From Nanobdellota archaeon (lineage in GTDB: Archaea; Nanobdellota; Nanobdellia; Woesearchaeales; GW2011-AR9), in assembly GCA_018824365.1 (NCBI GenBank), contig JAHJGQ010000029.1:1-53135 (forward strand): 53,135 nt of DNA, written 5' to 3'. Made by a program: the position numbers and the translations under genes. The notes under the pieces were generated by a model, which was given only the letters and a program-made list of their open reading frames with translations, ran no database searches and was not told the origin of the DNA. Positions 24,500 through 34,200 of the stretch are shown piece by piece; the stretch's first letter is position 1, and every line of letters starts with the position of its first letter.

Positions 24500-26833
24500 A
24501 TGGTTCAGCAAAAATTAAAATTATTGTTGGTTCTTATAATTCTTGTTTTTGCAGTAAATAGTACTTTTGCAGCAATAAAGACTTTCCATGCAAAAGAGAC
24601 AGATTTAGTTAAGATTACTCCTGAAGCAATAGATCGTGATAATGATAGTGTTGTTTATTATTATTCACAACCTTTAGACGAAAACGGAGAATGGCAGACT
24701 GGATATGATGATGCCGGGGAATATGAGATTGAGATAACTGCTTCTGATGGAATTAACCAAACCAAACAAAAAATTAATCTAATAGTGGAAAATAAAAACC
24801 AGCCGCCAAAGGCAACAGAAGAAAAGATAACTATTAAGGAAAAGCAGCTTGTAGATATTAAAGAATTTGTTTCAGATCCTGATGACGATATTCTTACTTA
24901 TGAATTCAATAAGCCTTTTGATGAAAATGGTCAGTGGCAGACTGATTATGACGATCAAGGCAGTTATGTAACAAAGTTTATCATAAGTGATGATGAATTT
25001 AAAGTTAAAGAAAGTATGGAAATAGAAGTTCTTAACACTAACCAGCCGCCCACAATCATTAATTCATTTTCAGCATCAGATGTTGTAAATTTAGTAGAGA
25101 ATGGCACTTTATCATTTTCAGTAAATGCCATTGATAAAGACGGAGATGAGATGACCTATCAATGGAAACTTGATGGGATTGCAATAAGCGAGCAAAAAGA
25201 AAGCCAATATTATTTTGATTTTGAATCTTCTGGAGAACATAATTTAGAAGTAACGATTAATGATGGAATCAACGAACTGAACAAAGAGTGGCTGATAAAT
25301 GTAAAAGATGTGAACAGAAAACCTGAATTAAATATTTTACCGATAACTGTAAATGAGGATGAGAAAGCTGTAATAGATTATCCTGATGTTGATCTGGATG
25401 GTGATTTATTAGTTTATTCTTTCGCCGATAAATTTGATGATGAAGGAGTTTGGCAGACTGATTTTGAAGATGCAGGCAAGTATAAGTTTAATGTCTATGC
25501 TTCTGATGGTGAATTTACTGTAAAAGAAGTTGTAGAAGTTACCGTAAATGATGTTGATAGAGCTCCTGAACTCTCTTTACCTCAAAAGATTGAAGTAAAA
25601 GAAGGAGAAGAATTATCCTGGTTTATCGATACCACTGATTTAGACGGAGATGAAATAACTATTGAATTAGAAAATGCTCCTGAAGGTGCAGTTCTAGATC
25701 AGGAAAAAAAAGAATTTACTTGGTCTCCTGGTTATGATTTTATAAGAAGGAAAAGTGGTTTTTTTAGCAACATTCTTAATGCTCTCAGATTGGAAAATAG
25801 GATTTTAAAATCAAAAGAAATACCTCTGACCGCCACTAGTTGCGGAAAAGAACTATGTATCTCAAAATCTTTATCTTTGGTTGTCTATAATGTTAATAGG
25901 GGACCGGTATTAGAAGAGATTGAAGATGTAATTGCTACTGAAAATGAAAATATCCTATTAAGTCCAACTTCTTATGATCCGGATGGAGATATTGTAAGAT
26001 ATCATTTTACTGAACCATTTAAGAAAAGAAGTAAAGAATGGAAAACAGGATATGGGGATCGGGGAGAATATATTGTTTATGTAACGGCAACTGATGGAAG
26101 CATTTCAGATACCATTCCAGTTAACATTATAGTAAATAAGAAAAACAGCATGCCTTATTTCAATATTGAAAAAGATGAATTAAAAGTAGATGAAGGTAAA
26201 ACCATTAGTTTTAGGGTAAGTGCAGCAGATCCTGATGATGATGAACTTTCAATAAGTTTAGAAAACCTTCCTTATGGGGCCTCGTTTAATGAGAGAATAT
26301 TTTCCTGGACACCAGACTATAATGTTGTAAAACGTTCGAATGAATCTCTCTCTTTTATGGATAAATATTTCAATGATGAAGAACAAGTTATCTGGTTGCA
26401 ATTTATTGCTTCTGACGAAGAATTTGATGTGATTCATCCAGTAAAAATAACTGTGAAAGATGTCAATCAAAAACCTGAAATATTGGATTATCTTCCTCTC
26501 GAAGAAGTAAGTACAAAAGTAGGAGAACCTGTTGTTTTCCATCTTGCTGCAAAAGATTATGATAATAATAAACTCAGTTATCAGTGGAATTTTGGACTGA
26601 TTCAAAAGAAAGTTACTGGTACTGATACTATTGAAAGGACTTTCACTTCTCCAGGGGAGAAGAGAATTAAAGTAAAAGTAAGTGATGGTTCTGAGAAAGT
26701 GGAAAAAGAGTGGGTCGTTAAAGTAACCGGAGAGGAATATATTACTCCTGTAGAAGAAGTTGCAGAAACTCCAGCGGTTACAGAGATCTCTGATGCGCCT
26801 ATGTCTTTCTATGTGAAAACAGTTGTTCATTAA
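24500..26833 (+). CDS. Large secreted protein with about eight cadherin-like/CADG Ig-like repeats
   Basis: 777 aa. Signal peptide LLVLIILVFAVNSTFAA. Repeats include DRDNDSVVYYYSQPLDENGEWQTGYDDAGEYEIEITASDG and LENAPEGAVLD..FTWSPGYD / LENLPYGASFN..FSWTPDYN (He_PIG-like). Confidence 0.75.
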   Translation: MVQQKLKLLLVLIILVFAVNSTFAAIKTFHAKETDLVKITPEAIDRDNDSVVYYYSQPLDENGEWQTGYDDAGEYEIEITASDGINQTKQKINLIVENKNQPPKATEEKITIKEKQLVDIKEFVSDPDDDILTYEFNKPFDENGQWQTDYDDQGSYVTKFIISDDEFKVKESMEIEVLNTNQPPTIINSFSASDVVNLVENGTLSFSVNAIDKDGDEMTYQWKLDGIAISEQKESQYYFDFESSGEHNLEVTINDGINELNKEWLINVKDVNRKPELNILPITVNEDEKAVIDYPDVDLDGDLLVYSFADKFDDEGVWQTDFEDAGKYKFNVYASDGEFTVKEVVEVTVNDVDRAPELSLPQKIEVKEGEELSWFIDTTDLDGDEITIELENAPEGAVLDQEKKEFTWSPGYDFIRRKSGFFSNILNALRLENRILKSKEIPLTATSCGKELCISKSLSLVVYNVNRGPVLEEIEDVIATENENILLSPTSYDPDGDIVRYHFTEPFKKRSKEWKTGYGDRGEYIVYVTATDGSISDTIPVNIIVNKKNSMPYFNIEKDELKVDEGKTISFRVSAADPDDDELSISLENLPYGASFNERIFSWTPDYNVVKRSNESLSFMDKYFNDEEQVIWLQFIASDEEFDVIHPVKITVKDVNQKPEILDYLPLEEVSTKVGEPVVFHLAAKDYDNNKLSYQWNFGLIQKKVTGTDTIERTFTSPGEKRIKVKVSDGSEKVEKEWVVKVTGEEYITPVEEVAETPAVTEISDAPMSFYVKTVVH

Positions 26834-26933
26834 ACTTTCATCTTTCTTCAATATTTTTTTTCGTTTAATGTTTCTTTTTAACTTTCATTTTTTTTAACAA
26901 AATTTTAAAAACAGTTTCTAAAATTAGATAGTA

Positions 26934-28067
26934 ATGCAAGAAAATAAGTATTACTCTTACAATATTGGACAATTGCCCGAGGGATGCCGGTATTGTGTTA
27001 AAGGAGAGAAATTAGTACTCTTTATCACAGGAATTTGTCCAAGAAAATGTTATTTCTGTCCGGTATCTGATCAAAAATATCAACAAGATGTAATTTTTGC
27101 CAATGAAAGAAAAGTTACTGAATTTAATAATGTCATTAAAGAAGCAAAGTTGATGAAAGCAAAAGGAGCTGGTATTACTGGAGGAGATCCTTTAGCAAAA
27201 TTAGACCGAACTCTTGAATACATTACTCTGTTAAAAAAAGAATTTGGCAAAGAATTTCATGTTCATCTTTACACCTCTCTGAACCTAGTTGATGAAGATA
27301 ATTTGAAAAAATTATATCAAGCAGGTTTGGATGAGATCCGTTTTCATTTAGATTTAGACAATAATAAGTTCTGGAAAAGATTGGAATCAGCAAAAAAGTT
27401 GTCTTGGAGCGTAGGGGTAGAAATTCCTTTAATTCCAGATAAAGAAAAAGAAACAAAAAAATTAATAGATTATGTTTGTGATAAAGTAGATTTTCTCAAT
27501 CTTAACGAATTAGAAGTTGCTGACAATAAACAATCAAAATTGTTAGAAATGAATTTTCAGACAAAAGGTCAGTTAAGTTATGCAGTTAAAGGTTCATTGG
27601 AATTGGGATTAAAGTTGATTGAATATGTTAAAGAGAAAGATTGCAATCTAAAAGTTCATTTATGTACAGCTAAACTGAAAGATAAAGTACAGCTTGCCAA
27701 TAGAATTAAAAGAGAATCTCAAGGTGTGAAAAAAAGTTTTGATATTGTTGATAAAGAAGGGATGCTAATCAGGGGAGCATTATATTTTCCTGAACTTACC
27801 CCTGGTTTTGAATATCGGAAAAAACTGGCTGAAATTGATAAGTATCTTTATATCGAAAAACTCAAACCATTACTAGCAAAGATAAAGACAAAATTAAAGT
27901 TAAAAGACGAAGATATTTCTCTTGACAAAGAAAAACCAAGAATATTAGTAGCAAAAAATCTAATCAAGAAGAAGAAAGATTACTTTCATAAATTAAATCT
28001 AAAGCCGGCAATAGTAATGGAATATCCTACCGTTGACCAATTAGAGATAGAAGTTGATTTTCTATGA
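26934..28067 (+). CDS. Radical SAM protein (pyruvate formate-lyase activase-related family)
   Basis: 377 aa. CPRKCYFCP (CxxxCxxC) near the N-terminus and a GGDPL motif. Confidence 0.75.
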   Translation: MQENKYYSYNIGQLPEGCRYCVKGEKLVLFITGICPRKCYFCPVSDQKYQQDVIFANERKVTEFNNVIKEAKLMKAKGAGITGGDPLAKLDRTLEYITLLKKEFGKEFHVHLYTSLNLVDEDNLKKLYQAGLDEIRFHLDLDNNKFWKRLESAKKLSWSVGVEIPLIPDKEKETKKLIDYVCDKVDFLNLNELEVADNKQSKLLEMNFQTKGQLSYAVKGSLELGLKLIEYVKEKDCNLKVHLCTAKLKDKVQLANRIKRESQGVKKSFDIVDKEGMLIRGALYFPELTPGFEYRKKLAEIDKYLYIEKLKPLLAKIKTKLKLKDEDISLDKEKPRILVAKNLIKKKKDYFHKLNLKPAIVMEYPTVDQLEIEVDFL

Positions 28068-28180
28068 AGATTATTAATTAAAAAAAAATATTAAAAAAAA
28101 TCAAAAAACACTTCTCAGATTTAAACTCATCATATCTGAACCCATTATATTTAAATATCTCTTGCATTTTATAACTAAAC

Positions 28181-28357
28181 ATGAGAAAATTAAGATATGG
28201 AAGAACAGTAATCAGTAGTGGAATTTCAATGGGTTCAGCCTTAGCGATGATTCTTTCTTATGTTGAACATAAATCAATACTTTGGGCGATATTACATGGA
28301 ATCTTAAGCTGGTTATATGTTATTTATTTTGCTATTATATATTGATAGTTCTTTAAG
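28181..28357 (+). CDS. Possible 58-aa two-TM membrane peptide
   Basis: ATG ORF below the track cutoff: MRKLRYGRTVISSGISMGSALAMILSYVEHKSILWAILHGILSWLYVYLFCYYILIVL. Composition is the only evidence. Confidence 0.3.
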
Positions 28358-28405
28358 GCCGTTCTTTAAGTAGATTTTAAATAGTAGTTTAGTTGTTCCA
28401 GATGT

Positions 28406-29464
28406 ATGATCAAAAAAATAATTATTTCTTTTTTGATATTGATTTTAATTATAGGTTGTTCTTATGATCATGAAGAAAAAGAGCAGAAAGTTATAGGAGA
28501 AATCAAAACAGAAATTACTAAAGAGATTAAAATACCTGATTCGATAGTTAAGAACTGTATAGGTTCTCTTCCACCTATTCCTCAGGAAACAGAATTAATT
28601 GCTTCAATAGGTGGTGGCTGGGTAAGGCCGCACCCAGGACCTTATATCTGGGAATGGATAGAAGAAGAAAAAGATGATTTAAATTTTAAAGTAACTGACG
28701 AATGGGCAAAAGAGTCGCAGAAAAATAATGTTGCAATTCTGGCAACAGTATGGCCTTACGCAAAATGGGACCAAGAGGAGTGTCATGCTCAAGAATGTGA
28801 AATTTCAAATGAAGATGTATTTTATCCCAGAGGAAAAGATGGTATTCCTAAATCTAGATGCGCTCCTTGTAATATTGAAGATTACAAGAATTTTATCTTA
28901 AAATTAGTAGATAGATATGATGGTGATGGAATAGATGACATGCCTGGTTTAGTAATACCTATAAAATACTGGGAAATAATGAACGAGCCCGATTTAAAAT
29001 CTCCTTCTTTAACTTTCTATAAAGGAACTCAGAAAGAATATGTTGAAATATTAAAAGTAAGTTATGAAACAATAAAATCAACTTGTCCGGATTGTAAAAT
29101 TGTTCAGGGTGGAGCAGCTGGTATTGACTCTGAAATGATTGCTTATTGGAACAAGATTTTTCAGTTGGAGGGTGGAAATTATTTTGATATTGCCAACATC
29201 CATTATATTAATTATGGGGATGCAGATACATTAAATGTTAAAGATTTCAAAAAGCTCATGGCTAAGAATGGAATTGTAAAACCCATCTGGGTCACTGAAG
29301 TGGAGTTCAAAACTGAAGACAATGCCGGGGAATCTGTGGATGGTGCTTTTAATGCCGGTGCTGAGAAATTATTCTTTACAGGTTTAATTGCTGGAAAAGA
29401 AGATAAACCTTTGGCAAAGGATTTATTGCAGTTGTATGAGAATACTTTGTTGAAGTGTAAATGA
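28406..29464 (+). CDS. Secreted lipoprotein, clan GH-A (TIM-barrel) glycoside hydrolase-like
   Basis: 352 aa. Lipobox-like LILIIGCSY. WEIMNEPD (acid/base NEP motif) and IWVTEVEF (nucleophile TE motif) are spaced as in GH5-like enzymes. Confidence 0.6.
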   Translation: MIKKIIISFLILILIIGCSYDHEEKEQKVIGEIKTEITKEIKIPDSIVKNCIGSLPPIPQETELIASIGGGWVRPHPGPYIWEWIEEEKDDLNFKVTDEWAKESQKNNVAILATVWPYAKWDQEECHAQECEISNEDVFYPRGKDGIPKSRCAPCNIEDYKNFILKLVDRYDGDGIDDMPGLVIPIKYWEIMNEPDLKSPSLTFYKGTQKEYVEILKVSYETIKSTCPDCKIVQGGAAGIDSEMIAYWNKIFQLEGGNYFDIANIHYINYGDADTLNVKDFKKLMAKNGIVKPIWVTEVEFKTEDNAGESVDGAFNAGAEKLFFTGLIAGKEDKPLAKDLLQLYENTLLKCK

Positions 29465-29539
29465 AAAAGATTAGTTACATTGATTAATAGCCTTTATTGA
29501 TACATTAATTTAATAAAATACCTCATTTCTTGGTAATTC

Positions 29540-31171
29540 ATGGACGATATACAAAAGTTAGTCTTAGAAACAATTAGCATAGATAAACAGGCAATTGTAT
29601 TTACACCATCAAGAGCTTCTGCAGAAAAGACTGCTGAAGATATTTCCAAACTGACAAATTTTCAATTTCCTCAATTGGAAAAAGAAATTCTAAAAGCAGC
29701 TTCCACCCCAACTAAACAATGTAAGAGATTGTCACATTGTATCAGAAAGGGAATAGCTTTTCATCACGCAGGATTATTACAGAAACAAAAAGATCTTATT
29801 GAGGAAGAGTTCAGAAAAGGAGCAGTAAGAATAATCTGCTGTACTCCAACTTTAGCAGTAGGAATGTCACTTCCAGCTTTCCGTGTTATTATCAAATCAT
29901 TAAAAAGATATTCAGGAAGATGGGGCATGGATTGGATTCCGGTTTTAGAATACTTGCAGATGGCCGGCAGGGCAGGAAGACCTGAATTCGAATCATATGG
30001 TGAAGCAATATCTATAGCTAATAGTGATTCTGATAAAGAAGAGATCTATGAACGTTACATCTGCGGACAGCCTGAAGAGATATATTCTAAACTTGCAGTT
30101 GAGCCGGTATTACGTACTTATTTGTTATCACTTATTTCTTCCGGAATAATCCGTGACAGTAATTCGATGAAAGAATTCTTCACCAAAACCTTTTGGGCCC
30201 ATCAATTTAAGGATATGAATAAATTAGAACTGATTATGGAAAAGATGCTTGTCCTTCTTGAAGAATGGGGTTTTGTAACTATTAATTGTTTTGATGATGT
30301 TAATATTGTTGATAAAAATTCTGATAAAAATTATGTTAATAATTCTGGCAGTAGTGTTGATGGAGCTAATTTAATTAGAGAAGATTTTGTCATCGCTAAA
30401 GAATTAGAAGAAAAAAAAACAAATAAAAAAAATAAAAACGAGAAAAGATTAAGATCAACTATGTTAGGTAAAAGGATTTCAGAGCTTTATCTTGATCCTT
30501 TGACGGCAAGACATTTACTTGATTGTATGGGTAAGTTTAATGAAAATAAAAGCGTTTTTTCTTTACTTCAGATGATCTGTCATACTCTAGAATTGCGGCC
30601 ATTACTAAGGATAAAAAGTAAAGAACAAGATTTTATTCAAGAGGAACTGGTAAAGAATTATAAGTTACTTTTGGAAGAAGAACCTAGTGTATATGATTTA
30701 GAATATGATGAATTTATGAATTCCATCAAAACAACATTATTTTTTGAAGAATGGATAAATGAAAAAGATGAGGATTTTCTTTTAGAGAAATTCAGCATAA
30801 GACCGGGGGAAATTAGAGTAAAGATTGAAACCGCAGATTGGTTATTGTATGCTTCTGAAGAATTAGCTAAGTTGAATGATTATAAGGAAGCAGTAAAAGA
30901 AATAAGAAAATTAAGGGTAAGAATAAAACATGGTGTTAAGGAAGAACTTCTTACATTATTAAAATTAAAAGGAATTGGCAGAATCAGAGCAAGAAAACTC
31001 TACTCCCATGGGTTTAAAGACATTGGTGAGGTTAAGAAAGCCGATTTTACGACTTTAACTCAACTTTTGGGAAGAGCTATTGCAGAAAGTGTTAAAAAGC
31101 AATTAGGGGAAGAAATCAAAGAAGTTCCAAAAGGTAAAAGAAAAGGGCAAGTAAGCATTCTAAAATATTAA
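29540..31171 (+). CDS. Hel308/Ski2-type helicase, C-terminal portion only (RecA2, winged helix, ratchet, HhH domains)
   Basis: 543 aa, beginning at the RecA2 domain (QAIVFTPSRASAEKTA). Motifs GIAFHHAGL, CCTPTLAVGMSLPA, QMAGRAGRP and a C-terminal HhH LKGIGRIRARKL. No Walker A or DExH motif anywhere in the ORF. Confidence 0.8.
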   Translation: MDDIQKLVLETISIDKQAIVFTPSRASAEKTAEDISKLTNFQFPQLEKEILKAASTPTKQCKRLSHCIRKGIAFHHAGLLQKQKDLIEEEFRKGAVRIICCTPTLAVGMSLPAFRVIIKSLKRYSGRWGMDWIPVLEYLQMAGRAGRPEFESYGEAISIANSDSDKEEIYERYICGQPEEIYSKLAVEPVLRTYLLSLISSGIIRDSNSMKEFFTKTFWAHQFKDMNKLELIMEKMLVLLEEWGFVTINCFDDVNIVDKNSDKNYVNNSGSSVDGANLIREDFVIAKELEEKKTNKKNKNEKRLRSTMLGKRISELYLDPLTARHLLDCMGKFNENKSVFSLLQMICHTLELRPLLRIKSKEQDFIQEELVKNYKLLLEEEPSVYDLEYDEFMNSIKTTLFFEEWINEKDEDFLLEKFSIRPGEIRVKIETADWLLYASEELAKLNDYKEAVKEIRKLRVRIKHGVKEELLTLLKLKGIGRIRARKLYSHGFKDIGEVKKADFTTLTQLLGRAIAESVKKQLGEEIKEVPKGKRKGQVSILKY

Positions 31172-31298
31172 TTTCGGTGAATTGTTCATGTTCACAACCA
31201 ATTAATTGTTAACCACTCTCGGGTGATTAATTTTAGAAAAGTTTATAAATCAGTGTTTATTGTTTAAATAAACATATAATTTATATGGGTCTATCTTT

Positions 31299-34200
31299 AT
31301 GTCAGTGGAAAGAAATCTTGGAAAATCAGAAGAGAACATAGGAGATTCAGCTACATTATTGTATGATTTATGGAGTAAGTTTAGTTCTTTAAATCCAAAA
31401 CAAGATTCACCCAGGGATTATCTTCAAACTGCACAAGAAATTCTTAATGTTTCTAATGGAAGTCTTTCTTATGATAATTGGGTTGAATTAGGAAGGGGGG
31501 TTGCTACTCTCAGTTTACGAAGAGATGCTTTTAAAGAAGATCCAGAACTACATGATCTCTATACAGAAGCCTTACTGGAGATTAGCAATAAGAAAAATGA
31601 CGTTTCTAGAATTGATAGAAAAGTAGAAAGCATCTTAACAAGAATAAAAGATACATACGAAGGCCTATCTTTAAAGGAAACCACTATCAGAGATTTACTT
31701 GATACACTTTATCGAGAAAAAGATCTCCATAAAAATAAAGATAATGTAGTAAAAAAAATAAGTGATTTTATTGACATTTACGGAAAAAATCTTTCAGATT
31801 TCGATTTATACACTCTTGCAGAATTAGAGATGACTATTGCAAATGATAATTCCCAGATAGTTGATAATTTAGGACTATATTTTCCTCAGACTTTTCTTAC
31901 TATTTTTAGATTAGAACTTAAAGATTCTCTTGAAAAGATAAAGAAAGATGCTAAGACTGAAAACGAACAAAAATCCGTGAATAATCTTGTTAATCTTTTT
32001 TCTACAAAAGCTGAATTGCTTAATGATGATTATTTACGAAAACAAGCTGCAAAAAAATTAACTGAATTTCTAGAAAGTGGCAGTTCTGAAAACCTTTCTG
32101 ATTCTCATATAAGAATACTTAGCGGGTTAGAAGAGTATTGCTTGCAAACTGAGATTTTTAACCCAGTTGAATATCTTTGTTTAAATGTTAAAGATTATAA
32201 AGAATTTGATTCAACCGGCTTCGAGATCTTTTCAAAACTTGGTGAATCTTTCAGAAGAATGGAAGAGAGATATGAAAAAGGAAGTATAGAAAGGTCGCCG
32301 TTAGAAGATTTAGTGCAAGTGCTAAAGTCTATAGATAATCTTGCAGATTCGCATAAGGAAAATATTGTTGGATCTGTTAGAAACTTTATGAGAGTAAATT
32401 CAGCATTGCTTTCTGAAGAAGAGAAAGAAGCTCTCGAAAATTTAACTGAACGCTATTCTAAAAGTAATTTTGTTATTGGTAATTATCAACTTCCTGAACA
32501 TGTTTTAGAATATGGTATTAAGTTAAGAGAAGATGAAATCCCTGATGTTGATAAGAATAAAGCAGACTTTGATAAGATTATCCAGGGAATGGAAAACTGG
32601 TATAAAAGTAAGAGTAAAAAAGAAGTTACTGCTGAAAATATATTCTTTTATGAAAAGAGCCAAATATTCATTGAGAATAATGGATACAAGAGTGAGAAGC
32701 TTTGGAAATTTATTATGGATAACTTGGATTATCTTCCTGATGATCATCGTGTTGCTCTTAAAGCATGGGTTAATATCTATCAAAATGGGAAAGTTGATGA
32801 TTTAAGATCATATCTTTCTAACATCCTAAAAAACTCAAGAGAAATATTCAAACATGCTCCTCTTCTACTAAGACATAAAGCTTCAAAAGTAGAAAATCAA
32901 GGAATTAATGAAGTTAAAGATCAAGAAGTTAAAGATCAAAAGACAGAAGCATCTAATGTAGCTTCTGATACGCCTACTACTTCAAATACACCTACTTTAG
33001 ATTATATTGTTTCTGAAAATCATCCTGAAGAAACTACTCAAACAGGAATCTTGCTAATTTCACCAACTGGAACGAAAGATTTCAAAGCAGCCGTTGATAC
33101 ATTTTATACTCCTAAAAAAGCAAAAGAACAATCACCTGAAGAAAAAGTAATTATTAATGTTCCGAATGTTAATATTGAAGATAACATTGATAACATTGAG
33201 GATAATATACCTTTTGTTGCTAGAGAAGTTAGAGATTCTGTTTATGATCATGATAGTTTTGTCGATAGTCGCCGTAGCGTAATGCCGGTTAGTTTAAGAG
33301 ATGAAGATGTTGAGTTTTCAAGAAACAGTTATGCTCAAATTGTAAGTGGTTCTGAAAGTATAATCCCTAAAAGTGTAATCCCTGAGAGTGTAATGGAAGT
33401 AAGTCTTAGACATGTTGAAGTTGTAAGAGATAGTTATGCTCAAATTGTAAATGATAATACAGTACCAAAGATTGTTGATGACATTCCAGAGGTAGAAATC
33501 GGAGAAGAATCTATTGGGCTTACTGATGAAGAATTGATATTTGTAGAAAAAGATCATGAAGCTGCAAAGACAATAGAAGAAGCTGATCTTTCCAGTTCAG
33601 AAACAATTGATGATAAAGTTAAATTAGAATTTGTTGTTAGCACTCTTAGTGAAAAACTTAAAAATCATACTCCTGAGCAACCTAAAAAATCATTAGGGGA
33701 GAAAGTTGCTGAAAGATGGGGTTATTTTAAAGAATGGGTTGGAATTAATGAAGATTCTTCAAGAAAAGAAGAATATGTTAATTTAGGGGCAAAATCAGAT
33801 TTAAAATCAGATTCATCTAACCCTAATGTTTTGGAAGTTTCTACATCCAGACCAGAAATTGAAGTTAAATATACTCAGAATGCTCAGAAAAAACAATCTA
33901 TTCAAAAAACATCTCTTAAAAAACCGGTTGGTAGATTAATAGAATTTAATGATACTCCTGAGATAGAAATCGGAGAAGCTTATCTTACCGCTCAAGAAAA
34001 TATTGCAGTACTTAAAGATGTCTTCGAACAAAAAGGAAACGATGCTAATCCAGAAATTATAATAAACGGAAAAGCTAGTCTTACTGAAGAAGAAGAAACA
34101 GCAATATTTGAAGATTCTTTTGAAATTGATCATATTCCGAGAGTTAGAGTTGAAAATTATCAGTCCAGTATTGATGATTTAATAGCTAAGCCTTCCAGTA

